A stretch of 34,570 bases of DNA from an uncultured Candidatus Saccharibacteria bacterium. GTDB taxonomy: Bacteria > Patescibacteriota > Minisyncoccia > Portnoybacterales > UBA2143. The position numbers and the translations under genes were made by a program. Below the pieces are notes generated by a model. That model made no database searches, was not told where the DNA came from, and worked only from the letters and a program-made list of their open reading frames with translations. Location: NCBI GenBank assembly GCA_964556655.1, contig CAZKWY010000007.1, positions 1 to 34,570 on the forward strand, in the 5' to 3' direction. Below are positions 1-7,702 of this stretch, piece after piece (position 1 is the first letter of the stretch; each line of letters opens with the position of its first letter).

Positions 1-234
1 AGTTTACTGTTTAACAGTTGAATTAATTGCTCAGTCATTCGTCTTGTCTCCAAACGTAGCGTCTAAGTACACGAAGCGTATACTCTGTGCCTAGTTGCTG
101 GTTACACATGACTACAAAATACTCTACATTAGAATACTTGTGGTCATGGTAATGTGAGGGCTTCCCGTATCTCATCTTAGGTCAAGTAAGATACTAGAAC
201 ATAGACTATATAAGTTTAACTGTGTTCAGAAGCA

Positions 235-843
235 TTATACTTCAAACAGGGTTTTCTGAGTGTTACCCCTAGCTGAAGCCAATATAACTTTACCTAGTTC
301 AGGTTCAACACAGTTCCGGAGAATAGTGCGTTTATCTATACCACTATACTTATCAAGATTAACCCCTTTGCGTTCTTGAAGCTCCTTTATACCATCATGA
401 ACAGTAGGTTCAACACGTATCTTTCTTATCTTAAAGTTAGCCCAGAAATAATGTCGCCCTAATGTCTGCGGTTCTATAAGTGGGTCATAGTAACTTATCA
501 CGTTTTCTACACAATATTTCCCATCAAAATGATGCTGTAAGAATAATATCTCCTCATATAACTTCATGTCCGGGTAAACAGGGTTCTTATTTTTCTGTCC
601 CCAATAACGTGCTCTGCTATGTGTGGGGCATGGTGGGCTGCTCCATATAAAATCATACTCCTGGAAGTGATCTAACAGATATTGGTGAGCATCGGCCACT
701 ATCACAGTGTCATCGAGGAAGAAGTCACTGTATATTTCCGCTATCTTTGGTTCCCACTCCACGGCGGTAACATCTACATCCTCCCATAGTTTACGGTTAC
801 CCCCACCACCAGCATACAGGTTTAACACTTTCCACCTAGACAT
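235..843 (-). CDS. short C5-cytosine DNA methyltransferase-like protein (paralog A)
   Basis: 202 aa ORF. Motif I-like LYAGGGG, an E-x-x-K region, motif IV-like SSPPCPTHS (PC motif), ENV motif (CVENV), and a C-terminal ARGNTQ motif. Shorter than canonical C5-MTases, so probably little or no target recognition domain. Clear paralog of 33807..34433. Confidence 0.55.
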   Translation of the reverse strand: MSRWKVLNLYAGGGGNRKLWEDVDVTAVEWEPKIAEIYSDFFLDDTVIVADAHQYLLDHFQEYDFIWSSPPCPTHSRARYWGQKNKNPVYPDMKLYEEILFLQHHFDGKYCVENVISYYDPLIEPQTLGRHYFWANFKIRKIRVEPTVHDGIKELQERKGVNLDKYSGIDKRTILRNCVEPELGKVILASARGNTQKTLFEV

Positions 844-899
844 ATTAAGATAAAAACACGTAAAACAATATATAAGTTTATCTAAAAAAGTATTAAGAA

Positions 900-1088
900 T
901 TATAAAAGTTTTACACAGTAATTTATTTCACGCTGAGAAAGTGCCAATCCCTCCCCGTTAAAATCAATATACGTAAAATCAGGGTAATCATCCATGTTAT
1001 ATATCTCCCCAATCTCCCCTTCTACGATACACCCTTTCTCTCCATCACAGAAGTGTTTTATAACTATAACATAATCCCCTATCTCCAT
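900..1088 (-). CDS. hypothetical small protein
   Basis: 62 aa ORF on the same strand as, and immediately upstream of, the MTase-like gene. No recognisable motif. Confidence 0.3.
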   Translation of the reverse strand: MEIGDYVIVIKHFCDGEKGCIVEGEIGEIYNMDDYPDFTYIDFNGEGLALSQREINYCVKLL

Positions 1089-1094
1089 CTTAGG

Positions 1095-1286
1095 TCAAAT
1101 AATATAATCCTTAAACCATATATAACTCTTCTCATTCACTGTTTGAACCCAACTAACATACCCCCACCCCCAACAAGGGTACCCCCCTCCAATGAAACAA
1201 ATAATATCCAAAACCAGAGCATAAACACATAACATAAACCCGTGAATAAAACCAAAGAAAAAACCAGGAATAAAACCCCCGGACAA
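1095..1286 (-). CDS. hypothetical small hydrophobic protein
   Basis: 63 aa Gly/Phe-rich hydrophobic ORF encoded opposite a CA-rich low-complexity stretch. May be a composition artefact. Confidence 0.2.
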   Translation of the reverse strand: MSGGFIPGFFFGFIHGFMLCVYALVLDIICFIGGGYPCWGWGYVSWVQTVNEKSYIWFKDYII

Positions 1287-1396
1287 ACCCGTGGATCCAC
1301 AACATAGACAACGCCCTAATTCAAGGCGTTCCCTTCAACTTGACGGGTAAGCAGGGGTAGGGGTGCTCAAGCTGTGCAACCATCTTAAGCACCTTG

Positions 1397-1540
1397 CACA
1401 CCATGCACACCATGCACGGCTTTCTCGGGACGCCGCCGTGGCCGTGGCCTCTTTGAGTCTGGAGCTTTGGGGCTGAGCTTTGGCTTTGGCTTTGATTTTT
1501 TGATTTTTTGGTTTTTTGACTTTGAGACTTTGGGACTTTG
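1397..1540. repeat. cluster of short tandem repeats in a divergent intergenic region
   Basis: (caccatgca)x2+ at 1397-1417. gccgtgg x2 at about 1433-1447. ggctttg x2 and ttgatttt/ttggtttt repeats at 1480-1518. gactttg x3 at 1519-1540. GC-richer than the surrounding sequence. Confidence 0.6.
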
Positions 1541-1696
1541 TATGAAACAAAAAATATTTTCCATGAAAACCATAAAGTCCCGCCTTCTCGGCCTATAATC
1601 TCCTAATATATAACCATAATTACAATAATTACCAGTATATACCATTCTAACAGAATAAGCACATAACCCCTATATATCCCTTCTCATACTATACGC

Positions 1697-2254
1697 TTGA
1701 TTCAAAATGAAACAAATAGGAGCCTGGTTATAATGCTATATCGGATATTCTTTTCTAATGGTAATGATAGGGACGAATTAGGCCGCGTATCAGCTCCAGA
1801 CATAGAGTGTGCGGCACTGTACGCACTGGAACAATACTTTGAAAACGATTTAGAGTACACTACAGAGTATCAAAGTGAAAACCAATTATTCCTGATGCTT
1901 GACTCATGTAAATACTGTGATTTCCTGGAGACTACAGCGGAACAAAAAGAGGAAATATGTGAAAACTGTGAGATATCGGAGTATATCGAAATACAAAAAG
2001 ATGAAAACGCGGAGCCTGCGTATAAGACAATATTCGGAAAAAACGAGTATGCTAATATAGAGACTGGAGAAAAACCCAAAGCGTATAACGAGACACTGGT
2101 AAAAGCGTGGAATAAAGGCGGAAATATAGGAGCAACAGAACTCATGTATCAAACAATCAAGGATAATCCCCAAATAGCTCAAGGCGTCGATAAAGAGTAT
2201 ATAGAAAGGATTAACGAGAATCACGAAAAACTATTAGAGGAGGACGAGGAGTAA
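1697..2254 (+). CDS. hypothetical acidic protein
   Basis: 185 aa ORF. The track start is TTG; the first in-frame ATG is at 1733. Very acidic C-terminal half. No recognisable domain. Confidence 0.45.
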   Translation: MIQNETNRSLVIMLYRIFFSNGNDRDELGRVSAPDIECAALYALEQYFENDLEYTTEYQSENQLFLMLDSCKYCDFLETTAEQKEEICENCEISEYIEIQKDENAEPAYKTIFGKNEYANIETGEKPKAYNETLVKAWNKGGNIGATELMYQTIKDNPQIAQGVDKEYIERINENHEKLLEEDEE

Positions 2255-2343
2255 TGGATACCTTAACCCTATACGTAGTCCTAGTTCTCACACTCGGAAT
2301 ACTCATAATAACACACACCTTATTCAACAAGAAACAAAAATAA
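2254..2343 (+). CDS. putative 29-aa single-TM peptide
   Basis: ATG overlaps the upstream TAA (TAATG). Encodes MDTLTLYVVLVLTLGILIITHTLFNKKQK. Not in the ORF track because it is under 60 aa. Confidence 0.25.
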   Translation: MDTLTLYVVLVLTLGILIITHTLFNKKQK

Positions 2344-2344
2344 C

Positions 2345-2470
2345 GCCTATAACCCTAACCCCCTAAACCCTAATTAGAACCCCATAACCATAAACCATTA
2401 ACCCTTTTCTATACCTATAACCTATTTCTCATAAACCTAATTCTCTAACCCCAATAAACCTATAAGAGCC
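2345..2470. repeat. CA-rich telomere-like (CCCTAA-type) low-complexity tract
   Basis: Imperfect ccctaa/ccctaaacc repeats on the + strand. The complement has 4 or more G-runs. Confidence 0.5.
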
Positions 2471-2612
2471 GAAAAAATCAACCTTTCTTCCTCTCCCTGT
2501 GTTTGTTTTTGTTTGTGTGTGTATGTTGTATTTGTGTCTTTTTGTCAGGTTTGTGACATTTTTATTCGGTATTCTTATATATTAATTGTTTCATTATCTT
2601 ATTTGACTTAAG

Positions 2613-2855
2613 ATGAAAGCAAAAGAACTAGTCGAGTTCGTTGAACATGAATCCTCAAGGCGTTGGGCTAACAGTGATCTATGGAGTGAAACACAAGTAA
2701 TCCTAGAGCACATAGCCACCCACTTTCAAGAGGGTTGCCAGGAATGCAGAGAAGAATTCAATGCTATGAATTACCCGGACTATGCCCGTGTAATAGAGGA
2801 AATAGAGCGTGACCCGGATCTGCGGAACTGGGTATGTGAGAAATATCGTTACTAG
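2613..2855 (+). CDS. hypothetical protein
   Basis: 80 aa ORF with an ATG start, preceded by an AT-rich TATA-like sequence (ttatatatt near 2575). Confidence 0.4.
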   Translation: MKAKELVEFVEHESSRRWANSDLWSETQVILEHIATHFQEGCQECREEFNAMNYPDYARVIEEIERDPDLRNWVCEKYRY

Positions 2856-2879
2856 AAGCCTATCCTAGGCTCATTTATT

Positions 2880-3230
2880 TATTTTATTTTATTTTACCCC
2901 CATAGCCTAAACCTATTCCATTATTTTATTCTTACCCCATTATCCTATTCCTTCTTAACCTATTGGCCCATTAACCTACTCCTTCTTACCACCCCATCCT
3001 CTTAACCTACCACACCCACCCCCGTACCGAAAAAAATACACCGAAAAACTTAAAAAGGCAATATAACGGGGTTCTGTCTACGCGGGTTTTTTGGGGAGTG
3101 GGTTGTATGTTGTGAGTGTTGTGTGTTGTTGTGAGTGTTATGTGTTGTTGTGGGTTATGGGTTGTTGTTTGGGTTGTTTGTCCATCCCCATTCTTGTCTT
3201 ATTTGGTTTAGTATTCGCTGGGTTAGTTTA
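2880..3230. repeat. strand-asymmetric low-complexity tracts (CA-rich 2880-3030, then GT-rich 3060-3230)
   Basis: Repeated cctaacc/ccttcttacc-type units, followed by gtgttgttgtgagtgtt-type units. The GT-rich part overlaps the 3' end of the - strand gene 3155..3706. Confidence 0.4.
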
Positions 3231-3706
3231 TAGGTTTTGGTGGGGAGTCTTCTCATTAGTTCTTGGTTTAGTTTTTTGTATGCTCGTAGTTGTTCGGTGT
3301 CTTGGTTTATGTTGACGTTTATGTTTTCTGTTCTGGTTGGTCTTATTTTGTCTGCTATGTTTTTTGCGACGTCTATTCGGTATTTGGTTGCTGCTCTTTT
3401 GTTGGTGGGGTTGTCTGGTTTGGTGTGGTATAGTTCGTTGATCCATTTGTTTATAGTGGCTTCGTGTTCTGCTAGTTCTCTTTTGAGGAGTTTCTGGGTG
3501 TATTCACGTGTTACTATTTTGTCGAGTGTGGGGCGGCTTATCTGTAGGGCGTCGGCTATTTGTTGGTTGCTGAGGTGGGGGCTGCTTGTTATGAGTTCAG
3601 CGGCTTTGTTGGCGAGTGCTGTTCTTTTAGCGTCTGGTATACGGTATTTTTCTATGTTATCAGTTATTTTCTCTGTTGTTTCTATTTTTTTTGTTTGAGT
3701 GTTCAT
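3155..3706 (-). CDS. helix-turn-helix DNA-binding protein
   Basis: 183 aa ORF with an ATG start. HTH-like segment LSNQQIADALQISRPTLDKIV. The low-complexity C-terminus (NNPNNNP) comes from the CA-rich strand. Divergent from the terminase gene. Confidence 0.5.
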   Translation of the reverse strand: MNTQTKKIETTEKITDNIEKYRIPDAKRTALANKAAELITSSPHLSNQQIADALQISRPTLDKIVTREYTQKLLKRELAEHEATINKWINELYHTKPDNPTNKRAATKYRIDVAKNIADKIRPTRTENINVNINQDTEQLRAYKKLNQELMRRLPTKTYKLTQRILNQIRQEWGWTNNPNNNP

Positions 3707-3811
3707 TCTGTATGTGTATATGCATCCTTGTTTATAGGTTTACGTTTTTTTACGGTTCATGGGGGTTGATGTAAACATGTGACGGGTTTATGGGTTTATT
3801 AGTTTTATTAC

Positions 3812-3822
3812 TTATGCTATGT
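3812..3822 (+). promoter_or_regulatory. candidate archaeal TATA box upstream of the terminase gene
   Basis: tatataat lies about 20-28 nt upstream of the ATG at 3842, consistent with a leaderless or short-leader archaeal promoter. Confidence 0.3.
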
Positions 3823-3841
3823 ATATAATTGTGATATAGTT

Positions 3842-5428
3842 ATGGATATGGTTGTGGATATGGTTGATATGCGGGACACTGGTTTCACTTATAAGGGTGA
3901 GCCAGTTGATCCATGTGGTTCTTTATATGATTTCAGTAGATACTGTTTTAATCAACCTCATGAGAATAAACCGTTTCACGTGGATTGGTATGAGACTATC
4001 GCGGATCACAACATTAAGAGTGGTTTAATTATTGCTCCACGTAACAGTACTAAGAGTACTTGTTGGGGTAGAGTAGCGCCCCTATGGTTACTCGGCTGTA
4101 ACCCAGACTTACGTGTCGTTTTAGTTAGCCGTACCAGTAGCCTCGCTCAGGATAATCTACGTTTCATTCGTTTACAGGTTGAGAGTAATGACAAGGTACG
4201 GGAAGTGTTTCCCTATGAAGAGGTTAACGGACGAGTATTCGGGTTAAAAGCTAGTAGTCCATGGGGTACTGAGAAATTGACTATTATGAATAACCGTAAC
4301 GATGGAGTTCCCTCAGTGTACGCGGTTGGGTTAGAGGGAAGCATTTCAGGTATAAGAGCCGATTTGATAATAGTTGATGACTTAATTGACATTAATAACG
4401 TTATGACTGAGGGGCAACGTGAGAAAGTTAACGATTTCTGGGATAGCGTGATTTTACCTACGCTTAACCCTGATGGACGCATATTCCTTGTAGGGACACG
4501 GTATCACGCTAAGGATTTCTATAACCGTATGCTTGAAGACCCTATGTATAAGGATAACTCATTCATGTTCCCAGCGTTAACAAACGAGAAAGGGGAGACA
4601 TGGTATGATGAAGAAGACACACCGATTAGTTATTGGCCTGAACGGTGGCCTGTTGAGAGACTTATCTCTATGAAGGAACGTATGGGTAGTCTAGCTTTTA
4701 ACAGTCAATATCAATGTGATCCATCTGGGTACGCTGGAACCGTGTTTAACCCCGAGGATTTAATGTTTTATGACCCTGAACGTGACTTATTACCTATATG
4801 GGGTGACCTAGACTTCGTTATGAGTGTTGACCCTAACGTCACTGAGAACCCTGAATCAGATAACACCGCTATTGTGACCGCTGCGGTGGATAGGCGTCGT
4901 AGCCAGATATTCATTCTTGACATATACGCGAAGCCACTGGGTTTCACTAATCAAGTTAAGAAGATAACTGAGTATGGGCGTCGTCGACAGGTGTCGGTTG
5001 GTGATCTTCGGTTTGACTCTGAGATACGTATCAGTAAGATTGGGGTTGAGGCTGTCGCGTATCAGCGGAGTCTTCAGCAGACGGGTTATATGCTTGGTTT
5101 ACCTGTGGTTGAGGTGCAGCAGGGTAATAAGAATAAGGAAGTGCGTATAGTTGGTGTTCAACCGCATTTTGAGAACGGGCGACTGCGTTTACCTAATCCC
5201 GATAAAATTAGTCTCCCATGGTATGATGCCTTCTATAAAGAGTACGTGAGTTTCCCGAAGGGGCGGCGGGATGATATGCTTGACGCGGTTGAGATTCTTG
5301 TCGGTATGGTGAGTGATAGCTTCGCTGTTTCAGGTATACCATGGGGTCCTAGTGATGGGGGTGCGTTGAATATGAGTCGCAGTCGTTCAGGGCGTGGTTT
5401 AGGTTTCTCGGGGGGTTTCAGGGGCTAA
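3842..5428 (+). CDS. terL: terminase large subunit
   Basis: 528 aa. P-loop-like GLIIAPRNSTKST, Walker B-like DLIIVDDLID, C-terminal nuclease-like region. Typical position upstream of the portal gene. Unusual Gly/Ser/Arg-rich C-terminal tail. Confidence 0.9.
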   Translation: MDMVVDMVDMRDTGFTYKGEPVDPCGSLYDFSRYCFNQPHENKPFHVDWYETIADHNIKSGLIIAPRNSTKSTCWGRVAPLWLLGCNPDLRVVLVSRTSSLAQDNLRFIRLQVESNDKVREVFPYEEVNGRVFGLKASSPWGTEKLTIMNNRNDGVPSVYAVGLEGSISGIRADLIIVDDLIDINNVMTEGQREKVNDFWDSVILPTLNPDGRIFLVGTRYHAKDFYNRMLEDPMYKDNSFMFPALTNEKGETWYDEEDTPISYWPERWPVERLISMKERMGSLAFNSQYQCDPSGYAGTVFNPEDLMFYDPERDLLPIWGDLDFVMSVDPNVTENPESDNTAIVTAAVDRRRSQIFILDIYAKPLGFTNQVKKITEYGRRRQVSVGDLRFDSEIRISKIGVEAVAYQRSLQQTGYMLGLPVVEVQQGNKNKEVRIVGVQPHFENGRLRLPNPDKISLPWYDAFYKEYVSFPKGRRDDMLDAVEILVGMVSDSFAVSGIPWGPSDGGALNMSRSRSGRGLGFSGGFRG

Positions 5429-5442
5429 AATGAGGCGTTTAC

Positions 5443-5679
5443 GTGGTTTATAGTGATTTATTACCTGATTCATGGGGTTTGGTGGCGTATAAGCGTTACA
5501 GGCAGCTAAGGGATAGTACTATTAAGGAGATAAGGGAGAAGAAGAGAACGGGTGACGCGTGTTTATCTTGCCCCGGTTTCTGTGCGTGTTTCACTGAGGA
5601 CTATGTTTACACTTGGTGTCGCTTCAATAAATGTATAAGGCAGTATCCGCATATTAGGGATAGAGGAGAGTTCACTTAG
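5443..5679 (+). CDS. hypothetical Cys-rich small protein
   Basis: 78 aa ORF with a GTG start and no in-frame ATG. Contains CLSCPGFCAC...C...C. Confidence 0.2.
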   Translation: MVYSDLLPDSWGLVAYKRYRQLRDSTIKEIREKKRTGDACLSCPGFCACFTEDYVYTWCRFNKCIRQYPHIRDRGEFT

Positions 5680-5680
5680 G

Positions 5681-6133
5681 TTGACATGTAGTTTTATGCA
5701 TAAGCTTTGCCCCACAGCGGGGTGTGAGACAGTTGTCTGTAGAGCGTTTTTCCCTGATAAACAAACGATTTTAAGCGAAAAAGAGCAGGAAAAGTGTCGT
5801 AGCGGGGACTATAAAGAGGTTTGCAGCGTCTACGCGGAGGGTTTAAAGCATAGAGAGGAGAGACGGAGGAAGGAGTTGGATATGCGTTGCCCGTTCGCTA
5901 GTAACAAGGAGTGCGGGCACCCTGATCGTTGGCAGTGTAAGGGGGGTAACCCTGCGTTCAGATTATATCCATGTTATAGTGATGACGGGGAGCTACTAAA
6001 CACGTGGGAGAATATATTGGAGACTTGTCTAAGCGGGGATCGCAGTATCTACGTGGAGTGTCCACACTTCAAGACGGGGTTGGAGCAGTACGGTAAAACT
6101 GTTGAGGATGTATTTAACCCACGGAAACTATAA
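5681..6133 (+). CDS. hypothetical Cys/His-rich protein (putative metal-binding)
   Basis: 150 aa with 12 Cys. TTG start at 5681 is preceded by GAGGAGAG; an alternative ATG is at 5696. Lies between the terminase and portal genes. Confidence 0.35.
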   Translation: MTCSFMHKLCPTAGCETVVCRAFFPDKQTILSEKEQEKCRSGDYKEVCSVYAEGLKHREERRRKELDMRCPFASNKECGHPDRWQCKGGNPAFRLYPCYSDDGELLNTWENILETCLSGDRSIYVECPHFKTGLEQYGKTVEDVFNPRKL

Positions 6134-6168
6134 AGTATTGACTGTAAATGATTGAGAGGGTATAGAAT

Positions 6169-7698
6169 ATGAGTGAAGAAGAGGGTAAAGGGGAAACAGG
6201 AGGTATAAGTAGAAGCATTAGAAGCGGTATCCCGGGGCTAGGTGACAGCGGTGGGGTTGCTTCTGATAGCTACACTAGTCGTGAAAGCTTTAAAGCTTTT
6301 AATCAACGTGGAAGATATATTGGAGCATATGAGGGATACGGTGCTAAGATACGTGACACGGATCGTTTATTCTATAGTACACGTGAACCGGTTGGAGTGT
6401 GGTGGGTTAAACACATCGCGTATGATATCTTTGATAACGGTTTCCACGTGGTTAACCCTGATGATGTGGATGATAAAACACTGGATAGAGACGTTCAGAG
6501 ACTATTTCATCAGTTAAAAGCGAAGCAGGCGCTTATACGTAGCACGGTTTTTGAGCGAAGATACGGTACAAGCATACTTGTGCATAGCTACACGGGGTTC
6601 GGTGATAACGTCGATTGGGGGACGCCTTTATTCGAGTTAGAGCCAGACGGCTCGTTCCCAGATAACCTTAACGCGGGGGAGCTTCTTCAGGTAACACCTT
6701 ACCCGTGGACATCAGTTAACGTTGATGAACTTGATCTAGATGAGTCAAGCATACGCTATGGTTTACCTTTATACTATAAGATACATATAGGTTCAGCTTC
6801 AAGCGACACAGTTGTACCGAGCGGTGAACAAGCGGATAACACAGTTAAGGTTCACTGGACTAGAGTCACGTTAGATAATCCACGACTAGATGAACACCCC
6901 TATGAAGGCATACCAGCGATAGACGCTATATTCGATGACTTAGTTGGCGGACGTAACGCACGGTGGGGAGCGTATGAATCCTATTACCGCCACGGAACAG
7001 GTTTCCCCGTGATAAAGACAAGGGGTACTCCTGAGCAGAACCGTGAATGGATAGAGAACGGTGGACTCAACGACTACGTGAATGTACGTGGATACTTCGT
7101 GTGTCACATAGATGAAGAGTTCAGCTTCGAGGGAGCACAAGGAAGGGCGCTTAACCCTAACACCTACTTCGACATGTACTACACGTTCATAGCGGCAGCC
7201 ACGGGGGTAGCGAAGGATAGTATACAAGGAGTGAGCGCGGGGCGAGTAACTGGTAGCGAGGTGAATGAGCGTCAATACTATAAATCTATCTCCTTGCTTC
7301 AGAACCAGAAAGAACCAGTGATTAGGGAACTAGTGGATAGACTCATACAGACGGGGCAAATAGAATACGAGGGCGACTACGTGATTGACTGGGTTGACCC
7401 CTTCGAGGTTAACCCACAAGATAAAGCCGCTATAGAGTTCATGGAGACACGTACAAGAGCGTTGCAGACATGGAAAACGTTTAACGAGTTAAGAGCAGAG
7501 GAGGGCTTAGAACCCATAGAAGGGGGTGACGTGTTAATGAGTCTACCGGGGCAGATGGCGCCGGGGGGCAGTGAGCCTGCTCCTAACCAAGAGGAGCCGG
7601 CGGCAACTAGTTCTGAGCCGGAGGAAGGTAGTCCTAGTGAATCAACGTTACTTGATAAGGTTCTCGGTAAAGCCTTGGATGCCTTGGGTAAGGAGTGA
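6169..7698 (+). CDS. portal protein
   Basis: 509 aa ORF immediately downstream of the terminase region, with an acidic Pro/Glu-rich C-terminus. Called from size and gene order. Confidence 0.6.
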   Translation: MSEEEGKGETGGISRSIRSGIPGLGDSGGVASDSYTSRESFKAFNQRGRYIGAYEGYGAKIRDTDRLFYSTREPVGVWWVKHIAYDIFDNGFHVVNPDDVDDKTLDRDVQRLFHQLKAKQALIRSTVFERRYGTSILVHSYTGFGDNVDWGTPLFELEPDGSFPDNLNAGELLQVTPYPWTSVNVDELDLDESSIRYGLPLYYKIHIGSASSDTVVPSGEQADNTVKVHWTRVTLDNPRLDEHPYEGIPAIDAIFDDLVGGRNARWGAYESYYRHGTGFPVIKTRGTPEQNREWIENGGLNDYVNVRGYFVCHIDEEFSFEGAQGRALNPNTYFDMYYTFIAAATGVAKDSIQGVSAGRVTGSEVNERQYYKSISLLQNQKEPVIRELVDRLIQTGQIEYEGDYVIDWVDPFEVNPQDKAAIEFMETRTRALQTWKTFNELRAEEGLEPIEGGDVLMSLPGQMAPGGSEPAPNQEEPAATSSEPEEGSPSESTLLDKVLGKALDALGKE

Positions 7699-7702
7699 GA
7701 CT

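Noticed and set aside
1335-1645. Minus-strand ORFs 1335..1550 and 1385..1645
   Set aside because: They are encoded entirely within the tandem-repeat and low-complexity region. The proteins are Lys/Pro/Arg repeats with no start context, so they are more likely non-coding repeats.
1870-2224. Minus-strand ORFs 1870..2145 and 1904..2224 antisense to 1697..2254
   Set aside because: They have Ser/Phe/Ile-rich low-complexity translations typical of the antisense frame of an A-rich acidic gene.
3091-3769. Long + strand ORFs 3091..3315, 3237..3698 and 3560..3769, and - strand ORF 3228..3446, overlapping the HTH gene
   Set aside because: Their proteins are monotonous Val/Leu/Phe/Cys/Gly strings produced by the GT-rich strand composition. 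The opposite-strand ORF 3155..3706 has a normal composition and an HTH motif. These are treated as shadow ORFs.
6242-7275. Internal or antisense ORFs 6242..6517 (+) and 6940..7275 (-) inside the portal gene
   Set aside because: They are fully contained in a long, well-supported ORF and lack start signals.
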